DNA from: Psychrobacter cryohalolentis K5
GTDB lineage: Bacteria; Pseudomonadota; Gammaproteobacteria; Pseudomonadales; Moraxellaceae
DNA length: 32,000 nt
Reading direction: 5' to 3'
Assembly (NCBI RefSeq): GCF_000013905.1
Contig: NC_007969.1
Location: 870,001-902,000 of the forward strand
The notes under the pieces: generated by a model
What the model was told of the DNA's origin: nothing
The model's input: only the letters and a program-made list of their open reading frames with translations
Database searches by the model: none
Shown: piece after piece, positions 20,200 through 28,087 of the stretch
How positions within the stretch are numbered: position 1 is the stretch's first letter
How the letters are laid out: each line of letters begins with the position of its first letter
Position numbers and translations under genes: made by a program

Positions 20200-21113
20200 T
20201 AAGATACCTGCTTCAATTTTGGATCTAAGGCATCACGCAGACCGTCACCCGTTAGATTGATGGACAATGCGGCTAAGAAAATCGCCACACCGGGCCAAAT
20301 CGCTAACCACACATTGCTCTGGATATATTGGCGAGCAGTACCTAGCATCGCACCCCACTCAGCATCAGGGGGTTGAACACCGAAACCTAAGAAACCAATC
20401 GCGCCGGCTTCCAAAATAGCAGTAGAGAAAATCATGGTCGCTTGGACGATTAATGGCGCCATACAATTGGGTAATATCGTGATAAATAATAATCTTAAGA
20501 CGCCTGCACCCATGACCTGTGAAGCAATAAAATACTCACGTTGCAGCTCAACCATTGCTGTTGCGCGGGTCAACCTAATAAAAGGCGGCGTACATACCAA
20601 GGCAATAGTAATGATGGTGTTGGTCATCGAAGGCCCTAAGATAGCGGCAATGATAATGGCGAGCAGCAAGCTTGGATAAGACATCAAGATATCATTCACT
20701 AGCATGACCGCTTTGCCCCAAACCTTGGGCCAAAAGGCAGCGCTTAGTCCTAACGATACGCCCACAATCATCGCTATCGAAGTGGCGCTGATACCGATGA
20801 ATAATGAATAACGTGCGCCGTGCATGACGCGCGAGAGCGTATCACGACCGGCATCATCGGTGCCCAAAAAGAACATCGAATCACCGCCATTAAAGAAGGA
20901 GGGCGGCAATTGCTCTTTACCGGTGAATAATTCATAAGGGTCATAAGGGGCAATGGTAGGGGCCAAGATTGCGACGATGACCATCAGCATCAAGACTATA
21001 AAACCCAGTACCGCGCCTTTATTTCGGCAAAAGGTGTATAAAAACAGCTGCCAAGAAGTCGGCGGCTTAGGCGCAACCGGAGCAATGTCAGAAGGAACTA
21101 CAGAAGGCTTCAT
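20199..21113 (-). CDS. dppC: Dipeptide ABC transporter permease DppC
   Basis: Colinear with E. coli DppC ([53 protein letters not shown]). AAGGA RBS at 21121-21125. Confidence 0.9.
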   Translation of the reverse strand: MKPSVVPSDIAPVAPKPPTSWQLFLYTFCRNKGAVLGFIVLMLMVIVAILAPTIAPYDPYELFTGKEQLPPSFFNGGDSMFFLGTDDAGRDTLSRVMHGARYSLFIGISATSIAMIVGVSLGLSAAFWPKVWGKAVMLVNDILMSYPSLLLAIIIAAILGPSMTNTIITIALVCTPPFIRLTRATAMVELQREYFIASQVMGAGVLRLLFITILPNCMAPLIVQATMIFSTAILEAGAIGFLGFGVQPPDAEWGAMLGTARQYIQSNVWLAIWPGVAIFLAALSINLTGDGLRDALDPKLKQVS

Positions 21114-21348
21114 TGGATATTCCTTTAGTGAATCAGACCTTGTTTTACTCCACTGGCTTGCTTACTTTATTAGGATAAGTCGCTTATGGTTTCAGCTAAC
21201 TTAGCATGCGCTTATCTTCTGTAAGCTGAGTAATGCAAACTTAGGGATACAAGATCTTTATGAGCACTATGGGTAATTATTAAAAACTATAAATAGCAAT
21301 TGTCGATACATTAATAATGCATCAAATGGGCTTCACCCTAACAATAGA

Positions 21349-22365
21349 CTATGAAGAATGGCGAATTCTAGGATTAATAAATCCATATAAAATATCGATC
21401 ATTAAGCTCACCAGAATCAGAGCAGTAGCGACCAATAAAATACCATTTTGTACAATGGGATAATCACGTGTAAAGAAACCATCTAATAACCAGTTGCCGA
21501 CACCGGGCCAACTAAAAATAGTCTCAGTGATAATGGCACCAGCCAGCAATGTTGCCATCTGTAATCCCACTACAGTAACCACGGTAATGAGCGCATTACG
21601 CATCACGTGAATTAAAATCACACGTTTTGGTGATAGACCTTTGGCTCTTGCAGTACGCACATAATCTTCATCTAACACTTCAAGCATCGCCGAACGTGTC
21701 ATACGAGCAATCATAGCTAGAGGAATAGTAGATAGGGCAACCGAGGGCAAGATGAAATGTTTTACAACGTTCCAAAAGGCGCCGGGCTCACCAGAGCTTA
21801 AAGAACCTAGTAGCCAAGACCCGTATAAAGGTTTGACGTCTAGGAACTGCGCGACAGAGATAACGCCAGAGACCGGTAGTAGACCTAGATAGTGGGCGAA
21901 AATACCCGTTAGGATAGGACCAAGTAAATAGATCGGCATAGAGTAGCCGGCAAGTGCGCCAGACATTAATGTATAGTCCAGCCAAGTACCACGGCGTAAG
22001 GCAGCTAGGATACCCAGACTAATACCAACGATACTCGCTATCGTAATCGCGCAAAGTGCAAGCTCTAATGTCGGCACAAAATGCGCAAAAAAGTCCTGCA
22101 ATATCGGTGTGCGGGTACGAAAGGATTCACCAAAGTTACCTTGCAGTATCCCAGTGAGATAATCCCAGTATTGTACGGGTAACGGTTTATCTAGACCAAG
22201 GCGGGCTAAAGCCTGCGCATGTAGCTCAGGATCAACCATGCGCTCTCCCATCATAATCTCAACCGCATCGCCAGGTACGAGGCGAATAAGAATAAAAGTC
22301 GATAGGGTTAAGCCGATATAGACAGGAACTAAGATTAAAATCCGGCGTAGAATATAAAGTAGCAT
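21349..22365 (-). CDS. dppB: Dipeptide ABC transporter permease DppB
   Basis: From MLLYILRRILILVP it is colinear with E. coli DppB and gives the same 339-aa length (EDYVRTARAKGL, ETIFSWPGVGNWL, NPRIRH). The track start at 22422 is an extension. Confidence 0.9.
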   Translation of the reverse strand: MLLYILRRILILVPVYIGLTLSTFILIRLVPGDAVEIMMGERMVDPELHAQALARLGLDKPLPVQYWDYLTGILQGNFGESFRTRTPILQDFFAHFVPTLELALCAITIASIVGISLGILAALRRGTWLDYTLMSGALAGYSMPIYLLGPILTGIFAHYLGLLPVSGVISVAQFLDVKPLYGSWLLGSLSSGEPGAFWNVVKHFILPSVALSTIPLAMIARMTRSAMLEVLDEDYVRTARAKGLSPKRVILIHVMRNALITVVTVVGLQMATLLAGAIITETIFSWPGVGNWLLDGFFTRDYPIVQNGILLVATALILVSLMIDILYGFINPRIRHSS

Positions 22366-22508
22366 AGCTCGGCTCGATTTTATAAAAGTGGCTTTTACCA
22401 GATATAGCTCAGGCTCAGACAAAGAGGGCTGGAACAGAATCTCTGAACCAGCCGCAAACGTATATAAAGCAATGACTATAAAGTAAAAGGCGTCACTAGG
22501 GTTTGTTA

Positions 22509-22538
22509 GGTACTGGTATTGAATCTAATACCAGTACC
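22509..22538 (-). promoter_or_regulatory. Perfect 12-bp stem-loop in the dppA-dppB spacer (candidate mRNA-stabilising or attenuating hairpin, REP-like)
   Basis: GGTACTGGTATT-GAATCT-AATACCAGTACC, about 40 nt downstream of the dppA stop. No U-tract follows on the coding strand. A third partial arm CACTGGTATT lies at 22548-22557. Confidence 0.6.
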
Positions 22539-22577
22539 GAATGTAGCACTGGTATTAGCTAATGCTATTTAATAGCT

Positions 22578-24221
22578 TTATTCAATATCAACGCCATCAA
22601 AGCGAATGGAGCCGAGTGGGCTAATTTTGTAGTCTTTCACATTAGGGGTGGTCAATACCGTCACAACTGAGTTGGCAACTGTGGTCCAAGGCAATTGGTC
22701 TTTAAAGATAACCTGAGCCTGCTTGTAATTAGCAATACGCTCATCTTGGTTGGTATTTGCACGCGCATCCATGACCAGCTTATCAAACTCTGCATTACAC
22801 CAGCGCGAGTAGTTGTTACCATTGACGGCATCACAAGATAGTAAAACACCTAACCAGTTATCAGGATCGCCATTATCGCCTGTCCAACCGGCTAGGATCG
22901 CTTCAGGTTCACCTTTGCCAGCACGCTTTAGATACTCGCCCCACTCATAAGTCACGAGCTTGGCTTTGACCCCAATTTTAGCCCAATCAGATTGAATCAT
23001 TTCTGCCATGAGCTTAGCATTGGGATTATAAGGACGCTGAACGGGCATATACCATAAGTCGATTTCTAAATCTTTAGCACCCGCTTCAGCCAGTAGGGCT
23101 TTGGCTTTTTCGATATCGTAAGGCGCATCTTTGATCTCATCGTTATAGCCCCACTGCGTTGGTGGCATTGGGTTGCTTGCTTTGATACCAGAACCTTGAT
23201 ATACCGCATTGATGATGGCGTCTTTATTGATTGCCATATCGAGAGCGCGGCGAACATTGACATCTTTTAGATCGGGTTTTTCAGTATTATAGCCTAAATA
23301 ACCGACGTTAAAGCCTGCATCATCTAGTACGTTTGCTTTGCCAGATTTTTTGGCAGAGTCCACTTCAGATGGATTAGCGTAAGCCGAGACATTACATTCG
23401 CCTGCTTGTACTTTTTGGGCACGAACCGCTGAGTCTTTGGTGATGACAAAGACGAGGTTATCGATATGAATGTTGTCTTTGTTCCAGTAGTCAGGATTTT
23501 TGGTATAACGAATCTGCGCATCTTTTTGATACGAAGTAAAGACGAAAGGTCCGGTACCGACTGGTTTGGTATTTAGATCAGCTGCATTGCCAGCGTCTTG
23601 TAACTGCTTGGCATACTCTGCAGAATGCACATAGGCGAACGGCATTGCTAGGTTTTGTAAGAATGGCGCGTTGGTCTCAGTCAGAGTGATTTTGACCGTA
23701 TAATCATCGACTTTTTCTACTTTGTCGATAATATCAGGTAAGCCCATGCCTACTGAATATGGGAATTCAGCTGGATAGTCTTTATTAAAAGCAAAGCCTG
23801 TATCGGTAAGACGTTCGATGGTAAAGATAATGTCATCAGCATTGAAGTCACGAGTTGGGGTGAAATAATCGGTCTTGCCGAATTTGACGCCTTTACGTAG
23901 ATTGAGCGTATAAGTCTTACCGTCTTCGCTGATTTCCCAGCTTTCGGCTAAGCCTGGCTCGATTTCGGTTTCGCCACGTTTAAACTGTACGATACCATTA
24001 AAAATAGGATAAGCACTGGCATCAAAGTCAGTACCTGCCGTATATTGCGCAGGGTCAAAGCCGGCAGGGCTACCTTCTGAACAGTAAATTAAGGTCTTAG
24101 CGGCTTTGGCATCACTACCGGCATCTGCCGTTTTATCCGCAGTTTTATTGTCGCCGCTACAGGCGCTGACGCCTAGCGTTAAGGCTGCTAATAAGGTGAG
24201 CTTGAAAAATGGAGTTTGCAC
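22578..24221 (-). CDS. dppA: Dipeptide-binding periplasmic protein DppA, lipoprotein form
   Basis: Colinear with E. coli DppA (KTLIYCSEGSP.GF, GLAE.WE.SEDGKTYT, MPVQRPYNPNA..MAEMIQ.DWAKIGV.AK.VTYEWGEYLKRA, GWTGDNGDPDN). GTG start with AGGA upstream. The signal peptide ends in lipobox VSAC. Confidence 0.92.
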   Translation of the reverse strand: MQTPFFKLTLLAALTLGVSACSGDNKTADKTADAGSDAKAAKTLIYCSEGSPAGFDPAQYTAGTDFDASAYPIFNGIVQFKRGETEIEPGLAESWEISEDGKTYTLNLRKGVKFGKTDYFTPTRDFNADDIIFTIERLTDTGFAFNKDYPAEFPYSVGMGLPDIIDKVEKVDDYTVKITLTETNAPFLQNLAMPFAYVHSAEYAKQLQDAGNAADLNTKPVGTGPFVFTSYQKDAQIRYTKNPDYWNKDNIHIDNLVFVITKDSAVRAQKVQAGECNVSAYANPSEVDSAKKSGKANVLDDAGFNVGYLGYNTEKPDLKDVNVRRALDMAINKDAIINAVYQGSGIKASNPMPPTQWGYNDEIKDAPYDIEKAKALLAEAGAKDLEIDLWYMPVQRPYNPNAKLMAEMIQSDWAKIGVKAKLVTYEWGEYLKRAGKGEPEAILAGWTGDNGDPDNWLGVLLSCDAVNGNNYSRWCNAEFDKLVMDARANTNQDERIANYKQAQVIFKDQLPWTTVANSVVTVLTTPNVKDYKISPLGSIRFDGVDIE

Positions 24222-24380
24222 TGTGATTACATCCTGTATAAATCGTTAGATAATTATCGATTGATAGCACGACAACGACGTTAGACGCCGTTGATATCGA
24301 ACTCTAATCGATAAACCTTTAATTCCTTTTAAAGTATTTATCAATTCAAATTATTTCAGGCAATGACAAATTATCAGAAT

Positions 24381-24409
24381 TTGAGACACCTCAGAATGGT
24401 GTGTCTCAA
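24381..24409 (-). terminator. Candidate stem-loop separating the upstream PRTase operon from dppA
   Basis: TTGAGACAC (24381-24389) / GTGTCTCAA (24401-24409) form a perfect 9-bp stem with an 11-nt loop. Minus-strand trailing sequence is ATTCTGATAATTTG. Function is uncertain. Confidence 0.3.
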
Positions 24410-24697
24410 GTGTTTGGTCTTCTAATAGTTGATATGTTGACACTGAATAAGCAAATGAATAGACCGAATATATAGGTAAATATGAGGTTGTGCAAGGTAT
24501 CTACAGCGCAAATATGAATTTTTTTATGCTATGGACATCTTTTTTGTTATTAATGAGGTATTTAACCTCCGTAAAATCACAGGCATATATAAGTAAACTT
24601 TGTTTTAGAAAGATATAATAAATATTCTAAAGATGTTCATATTACGGCTATGACAATCCATTATCAGTAGCTCGTAATATGCATGTTAAATGCACGT

Positions 24698-25975
24698 CTA
24701 TTTAGGACTCACCATCAACACATTATCCAAACCTTTCCACATGGTATCCACACTATCAGCCGACGTTTCCACACACAATACAATCAAATCCCACTCATTT
24801 GGCTCAACGTTATAAGCAAAGTTGGTCATACCAAGGCCATAATTATCATGAAAGCTTAACATCGTGCCAATACCTCTACCAAGTGCAATCGGTGAGCGTG
24901 TCAATGCGCTAAAATTCACCGTATTATTGCTGTTATCTAAATTCGTATACTGCTCAAGCCATTCCGCCAATAAGAAGGGCAACCAGACAAATTCATTACT
25001 GCCCAGTACCAATATTTTTTGTGGCAATTGAGCGTTATTAAATGCGTTTTGGCCATCAAAACTTGCAAATGCAGTTTGGAAACTTGCTAGATAATCAGCA
25101 AAGCCATTCGTGCTATCTAGCGTTGGAAAGCGCCCCCAATTACCGGTATTGCCCAAAGGTTGACTACCAGCTTCGGTCGTATCAACCGATGGCATAATGA
25201 TAGGCTCAGGGTTGGGCGCATCAGTCCATTTCCAAGCGCCAGATAGTAAATGATGGCGGTGAAAATCAATGTTTGGGAGACGGGTGGCAATCGTATCATT
25301 GGCGTTAGCATCAGACTCACTTTGATTCTGATTTAGAGACCAATCAACCAAGGTTGTGAGATGCACTTGCTCTAGTTGGGTCAACCCAGCTTCACGTAAT
25401 GCTGTGACGACATTAACGCAAGTATTACCCGTTGATGCTTCATCATCGACCATAATTAGCGTTTTACTGGCAAGTAGTTGCGCTTGCGTCATTTTATCGG
25501 CACTTTGATAAATCAGATGCTGACTGGCATGACTGTGGTCTTCGCTAAAAGTGGTCAATAAAGAATCGCTACTGTTGTCATCATGCTGGGCATGACGAGT
25601 AGAATTCAGCAGTAACGCTTGTGGATAGCGCGTTTGTAGCGCTTGGTGCACACCGGCAGATAAGCCAACCGCCGTCTCTGCCATACCTATGACCAAAATC
25701 GGCTCAGGCAAATCATCAGGTACTAAGTTTGCCAAATCAGTAAAGGCGTCACGCATGATGCTTGGTGCCACCGGAATATGACGACCTAACACTTTTGAGA
25801 CAAACAAAAACGCCCGTTTTGGGTTGATACGTTGAGCAAAATCAAGCAAATCTTCTAGCTGATAATGGCTACTTTCTTTAAGGTCGTTATTACCACTAGC
25901 AGCGTTGGTCTGATAGGTCAGATCAAGCGTACCGCGAGGTAAGGTGATGGTCGTGTTGTGTTGCTTATTTGGCAT
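24698..25975 (-). CDS. Type-I phosphoribosyltransferase-domain protein with a long C-terminal extension (Ter-associated PRTase_2/TRSP-like)
   Basis: Classic PRPP-binding loop TLIMVDDEASTGNT. Upstream ILVIGMAETAVGLSAG. About 200-aa C-terminal domain of unknown function. Strong GGAAGGAA RBS. Confidence 0.8.
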   Translation of the reverse strand: MPNKQHNTTITLPRGTLDLTYQTNAASGNNDLKESSHYQLEDLLDFAQRINPKRAFLFVSKVLGRHIPVAPSIMRDAFTDLANLVPDDLPEPILVIGMAETAVGLSAGVHQALQTRYPQALLLNSTRHAQHDDNSSDSLLTTFSEDHSHASQHLIYQSADKMTQAQLLASKTLIMVDDEASTGNTCVNVVTALREAGLTQLEQVHLTTLVDWSLNQNQSESDANANDTIATRLPNIDFHRHHLLSGAWKWTDAPNPEPIIMPSVDTTEAGSQPLGNTGNWGRFPTLDSTNGFADYLASFQTAFASFDGQNAFNNAQLPQKILVLGSNEFVWLPFLLAEWLEQYTNLDNSNNTVNFSALTRSPIALGRGIGTMLSFHDNYGLGMTNFAYNVEPNEWDLIVLCVETSADSVDTMWKGLDNVLMVSPK

Positions 25976-26149
25976 TCATATTCCTTCCGGATTTTTATAG
26001 ATTTAAAATTATTTCCTAACTCTTATAATTCATTAGAATAAACTTAATACGGCAGTTGTAAGTGTTATGCTGCTGTTGTATTTTTTGAGTCAGGTAGTTG
26101 ATATGAGTGATTAATATATAATAATGCTAAAGACTGAAATAATCTTATA

Positions 26150-26575
26150 TTAACCATTGTATTGCATAGGTATAGAAAACAAGCTTAGAATAATATTTAA
26201 GCCAAAATTAAACGCTGGTGCAAGTACAAGACTTAGATAGGTATGACCAAAATAGTAAGTAAGAGCCAACAAGATAGGTATTGCAATAATATCTATCGCA
26301 ATCTCATATTTAGGAAAAACACTTTGCTGAATGTTCTCTGACATGATTACTATCGCGGCAAACACTAGCAATAAAGGCAAGATTATTATTGCTATACCTA
26401 TAAACAATGCTAAACCACCAAACATCATGAAAAAACCAAATATGATTGATAGTCCATTCATAATGGATGAACTTGTTTCAATACTATGGGAAAGATTTCT
26501 CGCGATGTCAAAATAAGCATTAGGGAGAGCTTTTAACTCATATACTAAAAAATCATAAATAGAATTAATAATCAT
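26150..26575 (-). CDS. Small hypothetical integral membrane protein (141 aa, about 3-4 TM helices)
   Basis: The ORF fills the gap between the ATP-grasp and PRTase genes on the same strand. Long hydrophobic stretches (LSIIFGFFMMFGGLALFIGIAIIILPLLLVFAAIVIM; IDIIAIPILLALTYYF). Markedly AT-rich. No family recognised. Confidence 0.55.
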   Translation of the reverse strand: MIINSIYDFLVYELKALPNAYFDIARNLSHSIETSSSIMNGLSIIFGFFMMFGGLALFIGIAIIILPLLLVFAAIVIMSENIQQSVFPKYEIAIDIIAIPILLALTYYFGHTYLSLVLAPAFNFGLNIILSLFSIPMQYNG

Positions 26576-26614
26576 ATTTAAAAATCTTATAAAATATTTC
26601 GATAGATGAAAAGC

Positions 26615-27781
26615 TTAAACTTCTGAAGCATCTTCTTCAATCTTTACACTCACCATAATAGAACGTACTTGGCACGGTGTAATTTGCTGTGCGATATCTG
26701 CCAGTTTCGGCTTCTTACTTAAACCGAGCCAATAAGCAAAACCAACTTGAGTTAGATCTACGCCGCTATGAGTGGTGTAATCAATACCACCAGAGGGGCG
26801 ACTATTAATCTCAAGCACACGATGCTGACCATTATCATCCGCTTTAGTCTGGACACTAACAATACCATCACAGCCGAACGTTTTTATCAGTGGAATGACC
26901 ACATCCATGACCGATTGCTCATAACCAATATGTTGAATTTTCCCCGTTTTATAACGGGTAATAGCAGCCAACACTTCGCCGTATTCACAGACGACATCGA
27001 TAGAGTATTCTTGTCCTGATAAATAAGGCATTAATAGCATCGGAATAGGGCGCTCATGCACCATAAGACTGTTGGTATAAGCATTGATAAATTGCGCGGT
27101 ATTGATTTTCTTCTCTTCGGTAAAGTATAGATGCTCAAAACTGTCGTATGGCTCACCTTCTTCTTTACCTGTCTCTTTAACTTTACCTAAGCGCCAAAAT
27201 CCTTGGGCAAAAATCCCCGTCACTGGTTTGACACATAAAGGCTGATGACCATGGGTGGCAAGTAACGCCTCAAGCTCTGCGACAGTATCAAAGCGCCATG
27301 CATCTGCGACAGGGATATCATGCTCATGGCACTGCTGCATAAAGGCAAACTTATCATCGATGGATTCCAGTGCTGAAACGCTGGTCGCACCTGTCAATAA
27401 ACGGATACCTGCTGCTGCAAATTTTTCGCGATGAGCTTCGTAATCAATGCCATTGCGTCCAGTAAGCAACACTTTCACGTTGTTTTTCTGAGCTTGTTCT
27501 AACACAAATTGCCAACGTGGCATCAATGGCTCAACAGATTCGAGCACTGCTTGTTCATCGCTATCTGCGGTGCTAATAGAAGGCTCGCGGTAAATGATGT
27601 CGGCAAATTCAAAAATCTCAGGTCTATTATGACGATGTGAGGCAACGATATGAAAGGGCATGCTAGAGTGAGCTTTTAGGGTTTGCAGGCTAGCTAACAT
27701 ATCACGCTGGCTTGACTGACCTTCAGCCAACCAAGCAGCGCTTAACTTTGTATGATGACTATTGTTAACAGGGTTATCCAT
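26615..27781 (-). CDS. ATP-grasp ligase (Ter-associated ATP-grasp type)
   Basis: ATP-grasp core: CVKPVTGIFAQGFW, YLSGQEYSIDVV, and the Mg/ATP loop HRVLEINSRPSGG. Divergent from the TerD-fold gene. Confidence 0.8.
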   Translation of the reverse strand: MDNPVNNSHHTKLSAAWLAEGQSSQRDMLASLQTLKAHSSMPFHIVASHRHNRPEIFEFADIIYREPSISTADSDEQAVLESVEPLMPRWQFVLEQAQKNNVKVLLTGRNGIDYEAHREKFAAAGIRLLTGATSVSALESIDDKFAFMQQCHEHDIPVADAWRFDTVAELEALLATHGHQPLCVKPVTGIFAQGFWRLGKVKETGKEEGEPYDSFEHLYFTEEKKINTAQFINAYTNSLMVHERPIPMLLMPYLSGQEYSIDVVCEYGEVLAAITRYKTGKIQHIGYEQSVMDVVIPLIKTFGCDGIVSVQTKADDNGQHRVLEINSRPSGGIDYTTHSGVDLTQVGFAYWLGLSKKPKLADIAQQITPCQVRSIMVSVKIEEDASEV

Positions 27782-28087
27782 AATTCTCTTTGCACTCTCT
27801 TAAATAATAGGGTTGTGGATCACTCGATATCGTCATCATAAAGTGATTAGCAATTTAATATATGATCGAATAATTTCAGACATGGCATTTATACATAACG
27901 GGCTCTATTATATACAAATGCTAGATGTTATAAATGTTTCCAATTAAATAGCATCAAGGATTTTTACTTTTTTTATGATGTTTTATAAGATGCTGGTTCT
28001 GATTAAGGTTGTAATGCCATCCATGCTACTATATGGCGATAGTTAACCTCACTCATATAAGTAAATAATAAATAACGTAAAGGATAA
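27782..28087. promoter_or_regulatory. 306-bp AT-rich divergent intergenic region, presumed promoters for the ATP-grasp operon and the TerD-fold gene
   Basis: Inferred from geometry only, as it separates divergently transcribed genes. I could not identify a convincing operator; the best is a 6-bp inverted repeat ATCACT-N17-AGTGAT. Confidence 0.4.

Noticed and set aside
18170-24221. The idea that the dpp operon is a dedicated transporter belonging to the Ter module.
   Set aside because: All five proteins are colinear with E. coli DppA-F, including length and signature blocks, so the simplest reading is a housekeeping dipeptide importer. The coupling idea is kept only as a low-probability alternative in the split-cluster finding.
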